64,000 nt of DNA from a virus: the IMG/VR virus record IMGVR_UViG_3300045988_115142; one strand, 5' to 3'. The notes under the pieces were generated by a model. It searched no databases. It was not told the DNA's origin and saw only the letters and a program-made list of their open reading frames with translations. The position numbers and the translations under genes were made by a program. Positions 16,481 through 24,884 of this stretch are shown here, in pieces. Position 1 is the first letter of the stretch. The number at the start of each line of letters is the position of its first letter.

Positions 16481-18880
16481 ATGACCTCGATTGAGAAATT
16501 TAAAAAGAATATCAATTCTTACGGCAAATCTATTCGAACCATGGGTTCTTTTACAGAGGCTGTAAGAAAAACTCCAGGTCAATATATAGGTTACGTTGGA
16601 GATAAAGGTTTTATTAATATGATCCGTGAAGTATTTCAGAACTCCATGGATGAATTGATGAAAGATAAATCTCCGTGTACTGAAATTTGGACTGAATATT
16701 ATGAAGATACAAATACTTTCGTAAGTATGGATAATGGTCGTGGTATTCCATTTGACAATATCGAACGTATCTTCACAAAACCAAATACATCATCTAACTT
16801 TGATAAAGAAAAAGGTACAGGTGAATTCTCCTCTGGTCGTCATGGTGTTGGTGCTAAAGTTACCAATGCTTTGTCTAGTCGCTTTATTGTAGATAGCTAC
16901 TTATGTAAAGAAGTTTCTCCAAGTGGTAAAGCTGAACATCGACATATGGAATTCATCGAAGGCTTCCCATGGAGTAAAGGTGAAGTTAGCCAACCTAATA
17001 AAGAAAATCGTCAAGGTTCTAGAATTGAATTCTCACCTTGTTATGATATTATGGGTGAAATCACTACAACATGTGATGACGTACTTAATCTTATCAGTAC
17101 TTTAGTACCATTGATGAAGATTGGTGCTATCGTAAACTTCAAAGGTGTAACTAAACGTGGTCAAGTAATTGAGAAACGTTTAGTAAATGAAAAAGGTATC
17201 CTTACGTTCTTAGATACAATGACTAAGAAACGTGTATGTGATCCTATCTATATCTCTGGTATGAATCCAGAGAAAACAATGCGTGCAGAAATTGCATTCA
17301 CTTGGGGTGCTGATGATATCGACAGTTCTGAAGAAGTAGTCTCCTTCGGTAATATGTGTCCTACCATCAGCCAATCTATTCATGTATCTGCTTTAGTTGA
17401 TGCGGTAGCAACTTACTTCCGTAATTATTTGAATAAATTTGTATTCAATAATTCTAGTAAGATATCTGTTATTAATAATGATATCAAATCTGGTTTCAAG
17501 GGTGTAATCTCTGCATTCCATATTGAACCGATGTTCTCTGGTCAAGCTAAAGAAATTCTTTCCAATGCTGACTTAGAACCATTTATCAAAGACCTAGTTA
17601 AACTAGCATTAGATGAATGGTGTAAAAAGAACGCTGATGGTGTGTCTAGAATTTCTAACCATGCTAAAGCTGCCGCTACCTTACGTTTGAACGTAACCAA
17701 AGAGAAGATTGATACATTAAAGAAATCTCAAGTATCAGTATTCACAGGTCTTCCTTCCAAGTATGGTAAACCAACTGGTAAGAAGAATCTTGAATTCATA
17801 TTGGTAGAAGGGGATTCTGCATTGAATCCATGTCGTACTGCAATCGACCATAGCTGTCAAGGTATTTTCCCACTTCGTGGTAAAGTAAAGAATGCTATGA
17901 CATGTAGTCGTAAAGACTTCTTCGATAATGAAGAAAACAAAGCTATCTATACTATCTTAGGTTGCGGTGCTGGTAAAGCATGCGATCCAGACAAATGTAA
18001 ATTTGATAAGATTATATTCTTAGCCGATGCCGATACTGATGGACTTCATATTCGTTCTTTGTTGTTAAAAATGTTCTTGATATACTACCGTCCATTGGTA
18101 GAGCAAGGTCGTGTATACGCTGCTATTCCACCATTGTATGGTATTAAGAAAAAGAACAAACGTATGGTTACTAAGGATGATTACCTTAGCAACATGCAAT
18201 ACTTTACAGATAAATCTGATTATATCGAATATATCTATAAACTATTTGCTAAGAATCATGTAATCACACAATGGGATGGTACTCCATTCCATGGCAAAGA
18301 AATTGAACGTCTATTGAATAAGAATTTCAATTACCTTCAAAACATGGATATCTTGTGCCAAGACTATGCAACAGATCCAGAGTTAATGGAAACGTTGTAT
18401 AAACTTATTACAAGAAAAACCCCATTGAATGGTATTAAGAAAGCTATTCATAAAGAATATCCATATCTCTCTGTAAGAGAAGAGAATGGATGTCTTGTAG
18501 TAGATGGTCTAGCTAAAGATAGAGTTCAAACTCTTATCTTTACATCTAATATGCTAAAGGATTGCTATCGTTTAATCGGAGATAGCATTAATGAAAACTA
18601 TAAAGATGAAGGTTACCAAATTGATGGTAAACGAGTTAGTCTTTATACATTAATGAAAACTCTAGATGATTCCAAACCAGATACAATCCAACGCTATAAA
18701 GGTTTAGGCGAAATGAATCCAGTAGAATTAATGATTTCTACAATCCATCCAGCTTATAACCGAACTCTAATTCAGTTCACCGCTGAAGATATGCAACGTG
18801 AAATCAACGAAATTCGTCGATTAGATACAGATAAACATAATCTATTAGATGACGTTGACGTTGCTGGATATGATATTTAA
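16481..18880 (+). CDS. type II DNA topoisomerase, ATPase/TOPRIM subunit (GyrB/ParE/T4 gp39-like)
   Basis: Motifs EVFQNSMDE, DNGRGIP, GRHGVGAKVTNALS, LVEGDSA, PLRGKVKN, LADADTDGLHI, YKGLGEMNP. Confidence 0.9.
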   Translation: MTSIEKFKKNINSYGKSIRTMGSFTEAVRKTPGQYIGYVGDKGFINMIREVFQNSMDELMKDKSPCTEIWTEYYEDTNTFVSMDNGRGIPFDNIERIFTKPNTSSNFDKEKGTGEFSSGRHGVGAKVTNALSSRFIVDSYLCKEVSPSGKAEHRHMEFIEGFPWSKGEVSQPNKENRQGSRIEFSPCYDIMGEITTTCDDVLNLISTLVPLMKIGAIVNFKGVTKRGQVIEKRLVNEKGILTFLDTMTKKRVCDPIYISGMNPEKTMRAEIAFTWGADDIDSSEEVVSFGNMCPTISQSIHVSALVDAVATYFRNYLNKFVFNNSSKISVINNDIKSGFKGVISAFHIEPMFSGQAKEILSNADLEPFIKDLVKLALDEWCKKNADGVSRISNHAKAAATLRLNVTKEKIDTLKKSQVSVFTGLPSKYGKPTGKKNLEFILVEGDSALNPCRTAIDHSCQGIFPLRGKVKNAMTCSRKDFFDNEENKAIYTILGCGAGKACDPDKCKFDKIIFLADADTDGLHIRSLLLKMFLIYYRPLVEQGRVYAAIPPLYGIKKKNKRMVTKDDYLSNMQYFTDKSDYIEYIYKLFAKNHVITQWDGTPFHGKEIERLLNKNFNYLQNMDILCQDYATDPELMETLYKLITRKTPLNGIKKAIHKEYPYLSVREENGCLVVDGLAKDRVQTLIFTSNMLKDCYRLIGDSINENYKDEGYQIDGKRVSLYTLMKTLDDSKPDTIQRYKGLGEMNPVELMISTIHPAYNRTLIQFTAEDMQREINEIRRLDTDKHNLLDDVDVAGYDI

Positions 18881-18892
18881 AAATAAATGAGA

Positions 18893-18918
18893 GGTGGTAC
18901 CGAATATTCGGTACCACC
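18893..18918 (+). terminator. intrinsic terminator
   Basis: GGTGGTACCGAATATTCGGTACCACC, a perfect palindrome, followed by CTTAATTTC. Confidence 0.65.
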
Positions 18919-18946
18919 CTTAATTTCGCAAAAGGAGGAATTTGTT

Positions 18947-19345
18947 ATGGGATTAGATGCATATATTGAAGTGAGAGCGTATGATAAGAAAACTCATACA
19001 AAGATGTTAGAAATGGAAATTTCATACTTCAGAAAATATAGACACCTTCAAGCATTTATGGAAGACTTGTATTACAATAAATACAACGGTAATGAAGTAT
19101 TTAATACTGTTCCTTTGGAGTTAGAAAAAGTTGATATTCTAGACTTAGAAGATTCTTGTAGAAGAAATATGGAAGAATATTCCGATGCTTCTGGATTCTT
19201 CTGGGGTCAAAGAGACTTTGATGGTGAATTTGGTGAGAAAGAAAAGATTCTTAAAACCATTAAATGGTGTAAAATATTCTTAGAAGCTAATGAAGATCCA
19301 GATGAGGAATTAGAATATGTGCTTGTCTATAATTGCTGGTGGTAA
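18947..19345 (+). CDS. hypothetical protein
   Basis: Track start 18887 runs through the terminator hairpin. ATG 18947 (MGLDAYIE...) has AAAGGAGGA 7 nt upstream. Confidence 0.7.
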   Translation: MGLDAYIEVRAYDKKTHTKMLEMEISYFRKYRHLQAFMEDLYYNKYNGNEVFNTVPLELEKVDILDLEDSCRRNMEEYSDASGFFWGQRDFDGEFGEKEKILKTIKWCKIFLEANEDPDEELEYVLVYNCWW

Positions 19346-19466
19346 TGAATGGTAAATGTTCTTTACTATAAAAATTATTTTATCGAGTATAATTAACCTT
19401 ATGGGTGAATTATAAAGATAGATAAAGAATGTCAATCAAAGACAGGTTTCATATTCAAACGATAAT

Positions 19467-19488
19467 GGAGAGTCTGAGAAGACTCTCC
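19467..19488 (+). terminator. intrinsic terminator
   Basis: GGAGAGTC-TGAGAA-GACTCTCC, then TTATCAACTTTTCATTTTTT. Confidence 0.65.
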
Positions 19489-19636
19489 TTATCAACTTTT
19501 CATTTTTTATCTATTTTTATACAATCCAGTAAGCGTTAACGTTCCACGGGCGATTAAGAAAGCTCTGGAAACAGCATATTTGCCTGAGTTATAAGGCTAT
19601 ATAATTTTCATAAGAAGAGGTAGGAGTGATTAGAAA

Positions 19637-20710
19637 ATGCTAAACAAACAATTTAGTACTATGTCGGAAGTAGGAGACCATCTACAAAAAGTATCTGAGA
19701 TACTTACATCTTATTTTACTAGTGATGAAGTAAAAGGTAAAGAAGTTATTATTCTTCACCATACAGATATGGATGGTATTTCCGCTAGAGAGATACTTAG
19801 ATCTTTCCTTAATCAGTATACTGAATATAAGGATATCAAGACAATAGCATATAATTATGAAAAAGATTATGATTTTGCATCCTTCAATCCAGATGGATTA
19901 GATGTAATTTCGGTAGACCTTTCCTTAAAGGTAAATGATATTGAATTAATATCTCAGGTTAGTCATAGATTTATTATGACAGACCATCACGCTACATCCA
20001 TTAGGCAGTTTGGTAGTACCAGCGACCGATTATTACGTATAGTCAAACCTAATGAAGAAAGTTCTGATAATGAGTTCAAGACTCTTGTGTTATTAGATAC
20101 TAATAGATGTGGTGCTAAAATCGTTTATGATGTGCTTAAGAAAACAAAATGTCCAGATAATGGTGACTATGCAATGAAATTGCTACGTCATTTTGGAAAT
20201 ACTTTTGATCATATTAATCCAGTTACAGTGAACCTAATTGACCAATACGATAGATGGGTATATACCGATAATGATCCTGTCTACTTGAATGAATATTTTT
20301 ATGCTAGTAATAGAGTAAGAATGCCAGATAATGAATTCTATTTCCTAGGGATCCTTACAGAATTAGACGTTAGTGGATTCTTGAAGATTGGTAGGGATAT
20401 CTTTAATGCTAAGAGAATAATTAGTGATATTCAAGCAGATAATTTCACTCAACCAACTAATATCACTATTGGTGGTAGAACATACTCAGTTTGTCGAGCA
20501 TTTGGTTTTACTAACTCTTTATCCTTCGGTGATAAAATGAAAGAATATGATATCTGCGAAAGTATCAGATATTATGATCAAAAGACTGGACGATATACAG
20601 TTTCTCTTTATACGTCAAACCCCGATATAGATGTAAGCAGAATTGCAGAACTATTTGGTGGTGGAGGACATCCTGGTGCCGCTGGGTTCTGCTCAACAGA
20701 ATATATCTAG
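19637..20710 (+). CDS. DHH/DHHA1-family phosphoesterase (RecJ/NrnA-like)
   Basis: Motifs HHTDMDGISA, VDLS, MTDHHAT, and the DHHA1 motif GGGGHPGAAG near the C-terminus. Confidence 0.85.
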   Translation: MLNKQFSTMSEVGDHLQKVSEILTSYFTSDEVKGKEVIILHHTDMDGISAREILRSFLNQYTEYKDIKTIAYNYEKDYDFASFNPDGLDVISVDLSLKVNDIELISQVSHRFIMTDHHATSIRQFGSTSDRLLRIVKPNEESSDNEFKTLVLLDTNRCGAKIVYDVLKKTKCPDNGDYAMKLLRHFGNTFDHINPVTVNLIDQYDRWVYTDNDPVYLNEYFYASNRVRMPDNEFYFLGILTELDVSGFLKIGRDIFNAKRIISDIQADNFTQPTNITIGGRTYSVCRAFGFTNSLSFGDKMKEYDICESIRYYDQKTGRYTVSLYTSNPDIDVSRIAELFGGGGHPGAAGFCSTEYI

Positions 20711-20728
20711 ACAAAAGAGGTTTTATTA

Positions 20729-23422
20729 ATGATTAAACATATTGAAAAACGTGACGGGAGTATTGTTGAATTTGACCGTACTAAAATTTTAAATGCAATT
20801 CTTAATGCTATGAATTCTGTGGGTGCTGTAGATGAAGAAGCAGCCAACAATACAACCACAGCTGTAGTTCGTAATTTAAATAAATTAGATTCCGATACAG
20901 CTGCTGTAGAAGATGTACAAGATTTAGTTGAAGTTCAATTAATGAAGAAATATCCAGACGTTGCTCGTGAATATATCACATACCGTAAACGTCGTAATGA
21001 TATTCGTACAGCTAAAACAGAAACAATGAAAGAAGTTATGAGTATTCTTAAATGCGAAGACGTCAAAAACTCTAATGCTAACGTTGATGAATACTCCTTT
21101 GGTGGTCGTAAGAAAGAAGCATCTGATGTAATTCAAAAAGAAATTGCATTGAATACTCTTATCGACCCAGACATTGCTGAAGCTCACCGCAAAGGTATTC
21201 TTTACATTCATGACTTATCTGAATATGCAGTAGGTCTTCATAACTGTTTGAATGCCGATATTGCTTATTGCTTAGCTCATGGTTTCGAAGCTCGTAACGG
21301 TGGTGTCCGTCCAGCTAATTCCTTTGCAACAGCATGTCAATTAATTGCAGTTATTTTCCAAATTCAATCCCAATGTCAATTCGGTGGTATTGCAACTACT
21401 AAGATTGACTTTGACTTAGCTCCATATGTACGTATTTCCTTCTTGAAACATTTCAAACGTGGTTTACGTTACTTTGGTACAGGTGTTGGTAACGATTATG
21501 ATACATTCGTATCTAAATATGGTAAAGATGTAGTCAATACAGCATCCATCGAAGCTGATTGGAATATCTTCAAAGACTTCTGTACTCCAGCATACATTTA
21601 TGCTTTAGAAGAACTCGAACGCGAGGGTAAACAAGGTGCTCAAGCACTTTATCACAACTTAAATACTTTAGAATCTCGTGCTGGTTCTCAAGTACCATTC
21701 ACTTCCATTAACTTTGGTTTAGATACTTCTTGGGAAGGTCGTAAAGCTACACAATGGATGATGAATGCATCTCTTGATGGTATTGGTATTAACCATACTA
21801 CTTCCATCTTCCCTATTTCCATCTTTGTTTATAAGAAAGATGTAAATGACCGTCCTGGTACAGACAACTATGATTTGAAGAAACTTGCTATCAAATCTTT
21901 AACTAAACGTATTTATCCTAACTTCGTAAATGCTGATTGGCAATCCAATGTTCCAGATGTACACCCAATTCGTATTGTAAATAAAACAGTATTCCATCCA
22001 ATTGAATCTGAAGTAACTTTACGTATTGACCATCATGTTGGCGAAACTAAAGTATTTGATCCATTGAACTTCAAGAAAACTTTAGTAAGCGATTATGACA
22101 AACTTACTTTGAAACGATTGATTAATTCTATTCCTGAAGAATATGTATCTGCTCCAGATGAAGATGGTATCCAAGTAATAGATCTTCGCTTCACTGATAG
22201 ACGTTATTTGATTAAAGATTCAACTTCTAAATTCAATAAATACAATACTGATCGTAATGATCATTATACTAAATTGAATTGGTTAGCTGTAGATACAGAA
22301 ACTAATGAAGTAGCAATCACCACAGAATCTTTCAATTACGATATCGAATGTACTGAAGAAGAAGGTCCTTACAAAGCTAAAGTACTTCGTACAATGCAAC
22401 TCCCTAAACCTGAATACAATAACGATACAGAAATGTCTACCATGGGTTGCAGAACGCTAGTTGGTTATGACTTACATGGTATGGGTTATCAAAAGACTGG
22501 TCGTGGTAACTGTACACCTGTAACTATTAACTTAGCTCGTATTGGTATTCGTCATGGTATTTGCTTAGGTGAACGTAAAGAAGCTGATATTGATGGTTTC
22601 TTCAAAGAACTTGACGAAATCTTGGAAATGTGTGAACGTGAACTTCTTAAACGTTTCGAACACATCTGTTCTCAAGATATTCGTTCTGGTTTCTTCACTT
22701 ACCATAACCATGTAGCTGCTGATACCGAAGCTGCTCTTGAGAAGGGTTCCATTTATGAAACAATGAGACACTTCTCTCAAGCATTAGGTTACATTGGTGT
22801 GGCTAATATGTGCTATGCTATGTTTGGTAAATACCATAACCAAGATAAAGACGTATTGAAATTCGCTGTATCTGTAGTTAAACATATTGCAGACTATGCT
22901 GATGAATGCAAGAAACGTCATAACTTGAACTTCGCAGCATATGCTACTCCTGCAGAATCAACTTGTTTAACTTTAGCTTCCAAACTTCAAAAAGAATTTG
23001 GTAAGATTAAAGGTGTATGTGATCGTGAGTACTTAACTAACTCCCATCATGTTCCAGTATATGAAAACATTTCCGTTCGTGATAAAATTGATACAGAAGC
23101 TGAATTCTCCATCTATCCAACAGCTGGTTGTATAATGTACGCTGAAATGTCCTCTGGTGTAATTGGTAATCCTAGAGCAGTAGAAAAGATTATTGATTAT
23201 GCTATGGCTGACACTCGTGTTCCATACTTCGCTATCAACTTCCCAATCGATAGCTGTGATGATTGTGGATACACTGGTGAAATCAATACAGATACTTGCC
23301 CAGTTTGTGGTTCTACTAATATCAACCGTTTACGTCGTGTAACTGGTTATATTACTACAGACTATCGCAAATTCAACAAAGGTAAATTCTGTGAAGTTAA
23401 TGACCGAGTAAAACACATTTAA
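20729..23422 (+). CDS. nrdD: anaerobic ribonucleoside-triphosphate reductase (class III), with N-terminal ATP-cone and a ~164-aa internal insertion
   Basis: ATP-cone IEKRDGSIVEFDRTKI, active-site STMGCR, C-terminal Zn site CDDCGY...CPVCGS, and glycyl-radical motif RRVTGYIT. Confidence 0.93.
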   Translation: MIKHIEKRDGSIVEFDRTKILNAILNAMNSVGAVDEEAANNTTTAVVRNLNKLDSDTAAVEDVQDLVEVQLMKKYPDVAREYITYRKRRNDIRTAKTETMKEVMSILKCEDVKNSNANVDEYSFGGRKKEASDVIQKEIALNTLIDPDIAEAHRKGILYIHDLSEYAVGLHNCLNADIAYCLAHGFEARNGGVRPANSFATACQLIAVIFQIQSQCQFGGIATTKIDFDLAPYVRISFLKHFKRGLRYFGTGVGNDYDTFVSKYGKDVVNTASIEADWNIFKDFCTPAYIYALEELEREGKQGAQALYHNLNTLESRAGSQVPFTSINFGLDTSWEGRKATQWMMNASLDGIGINHTTSIFPISIFVYKKDVNDRPGTDNYDLKKLAIKSLTKRIYPNFVNADWQSNVPDVHPIRIVNKTVFHPIESEVTLRIDHHVGETKVFDPLNFKKTLVSDYDKLTLKRLINSIPEEYVSAPDEDGIQVIDLRFTDRRYLIKDSTSKFNKYNTDRNDHYTKLNWLAVDTETNEVAITTESFNYDIECTEEEGPYKAKVLRTMQLPKPEYNNDTEMSTMGCRTLVGYDLHGMGYQKTGRGNCTPVTINLARIGIRHGICLGERKEADIDGFFKELDEILEMCERELLKRFEHICSQDIRSGFFTYHNHVAADTEAALEKGSIYETMRHFSQALGYIGVANMCYAMFGKYHNQDKDVLKFAVSVVKHIADYADECKKRHNLNFAAYATPAESTCLTLASKLQKEFGKIKGVCDREYLTNSHHVPVYENISVRDKIDTEAEFSIYPTAGCIMYAEMSSGVIGNPRAVEKIIDYAMADTRVPYFAINFPIDSCDDCGYTGEINTDTCPVCGSTNINRLRRVTGYITTDYRKFNKGKFCEVNDRVKHI

Positions 23423-23424
23423 AT

Positions 23425-23441
23425 TATATAATATAGAAATG
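23425..23441 (+). promoter_or_regulatory. TATATAATAT-N4-ATG motif copy
   Basis: TATATAATATAGAAATG, then AAGAG. Begins 2 nt after the nrdD stop and abuts hairpin 23447-23470. Confidence 0.4.
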
Positions 23442-23446
23442 AAGAG

Positions 23447-23470
23447 CCTCTAGTCATTATTGACTAGGGG
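23447..23470 (+). terminator. hairpin/terminator after nrdD
   Basis: CCTCTAGTCA-TTAT-TGACTAGGGG (one G-U pair), then TGCTTCCTTTCC. Confidence 0.6.
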
Positions 23471-23517
23471 TGCTTCCTTTCCATTTAATTATATTTTAAA
23501 CAAAAGGAGAATTACTT

Positions 23518-23676
23518 ATGGAAGCGAACACAGAAAGAACAATTAAAGTCAATACTCTTAATCTTAAAGAACGTAAAGAGGACTTAATTACTATCGACAT
23601 TAGCGGTTACGATGTAGTATCTGAAAATAAAAATACTATCGTATTACTTCGCTCTGAAATGGTCGATAAAAAATAA
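23518..23676 (+). CDS. 52-aa hypothetical protein
   Basis: Hand-found ORF, MEANTERTIKVNTLNLKERKEDLITIDISGYDVV.... AAAGGAGA SD lies 7 nt upstream. Bracketed by hairpins 23447-23470 and 23681-23705. Confidence 0.45.
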   Translation: MEANTERTIKVNTLNLKERKEDLITIDISGYDVVSENKNTIVLLRSEMVDKK

Positions 23677-23680
23677 TTAT

Positions 23681-23705
23681 TTAGGGGAGGTAATTCCTCC
23701 CCTAA
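23681..23705 (+). terminator. intrinsic terminator
   Basis: TTAGGGGAGGTAATTCCTCCCCTAA, then AAACCTTTATTTTTA. Confidence 0.7.
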
Positions 23706-23766
23706 AAACCTTTATTTTTAACTAGCTATAATCTATAGCTAAGAAAACTAATAGAAAGGAAACAAT

Positions 23767-24312
23767 ATGGGATATATTAAACATCCTGAATTGACTACTA
23801 ATGTAGCAGCAATCAACCCAGAATCTATAGTAGATGGACCTGGTGTTAGATTGACTCTATACTTGTCAGGTTGTAAGCATAATTGCTACAACTGCCATAA
23901 CAAAGAAGAACAAGATTTCAACTTTGGTACTAAATACACTTTACAAGAACTATTCGATCAAGTGACACAAATGATTGATAGTAATCCTATTGTAGATGGT
24001 ATTACATTAAGTGGTGGAGACCCACTATATCAACCAGAAATAGTACAAGAATTAACCTATGCTCTTAAGAAGTATTATGGTACTGAATTTAGTATTTGGC
24101 TATACACTGGATTTGTTTTAGATAAAGACTTCGAAGATACAGAAGCTTTATATGCTACTATTAAAAATATCGATGTTATTGTAGATGGATTATATATCGA
24201 AGATTTAAAAGACTATTCTCAAGCTTTTAGAGGCTCTACGAACCAACGCTTTATAGATGTACACACCCTTGTTAAAGAGGGGCAAATTGTAGAATTAAAT
24301 TATCTAATTTGA
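23767..24312 (+). CDS. nrdG: anaerobic RNR activating enzyme (radical SAM)
   Basis: CKHNCYNCHN has CxxxCxxC spacing; GGDPL motif present. Lies next to nrdD. Confidence 0.9.
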   Translation: MGYIKHPELTTNVAAINPESIVDGPGVRLTLYLSGCKHNCYNCHNKEEQDFNFGTKYTLQELFDQVTQMIDSNPIVDGITLSGGDPLYQPEIVQELTYALKKYYGTEFSIWLYTGFVLDKDFEDTEALYATIKNIDVIVDGLYIEDLKDYSQAFRGSTNQRFIDVHTLVKEGQIVELNYLI

Positions 24313-24364
24313 TACGTTTGTGTACATTTAAGTAGGTAATTTTACGTAGATAAGGAGCAATACT

Positions 24365-24871
24365 ATGAAATTTGAAAAAGTCTCTTTAAAAACTTTCATA
24401 CAAGAAGTACGAGAATCGTACTTATGGAAATACAGAGAGTATACTGATGAAGAATTAGAAATCTTCTATAATCGAATTCAACTTCCTGAAAGATCTACAG
24501 CTGGTTCTGCAGGATATGATTTCGTAAATCCATTCAATACAATTGAACTAAATACGACTAATGTAGAAATTCCTACTGGTATTAAAGTACAACTAGATCC
24601 AGATAAGATCTTGATGTTAGCACCACGATCTTCATCCGCAAGAAATGGTTATATGTTCTCTAATACTTTAGGTATCATCGATAGTGATTACTACAACAAT
24701 CCAACTAACGAAGGTTGTATTAGAGTATCTCTTAAAGCTATGGGCACTAGTCATCCTATATTCGACTATGGTGATAAAATTGCTCAAGGTGTTATTTTAC
24801 AATACTTTACAACTGAAGATGATAAAGCTACTGGTAAACGTACTGGTGGTCATGGTTCTACTGGTAAATAA
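24365..24871 (+). CDS. dut: dUTP pyrophosphatase (trimeric dUTPase)
   Basis: Motifs AGSAGYD, PRSS, GIIDSDY, GDKIAQ, and C-terminal RTGGHGSTG. Confidence 0.92.
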   Translation: MKFEKVSLKTFIQEVRESYLWKYREYTDEELEIFYNRIQLPERSTAGSAGYDFVNPFNTIELNTTNVEIPTGIKVQLDPDKILMLAPRSSSARNGYMFSNTLGIIDSDYYNNPTNEGCIRVSLKAMGTSHPIFDYGDKIAQGVILQYFTTEDDKATGKRTGGHGSTGK

Positions 24872-24884
24872 AGGATAGGAAACA

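Noticed and set aside
19190-19230. DFDGE in the 132-aa protein at 18947..19345, and DFDGS in paralog 3 at 35415..36122, as possible RNAP beta-prime catalytic NADFDGD motifs.
   Set aside because: The proteins are far too small and lack every flanking beta-prime block. This is a chance pentapeptide.
21941-22432. An intein or intron as the explanation for the extra ~164 aa in NrdD. T4 nrdD is known to carry a group I intron.
   Set aside because: The reading frame is continuous. There is no Cys/Ser at the N-junction, no His-Asn followed by Cys/Ser/Thr at the C-junction, and no endonuclease motifs. I interpret it as an inserted domain instead.
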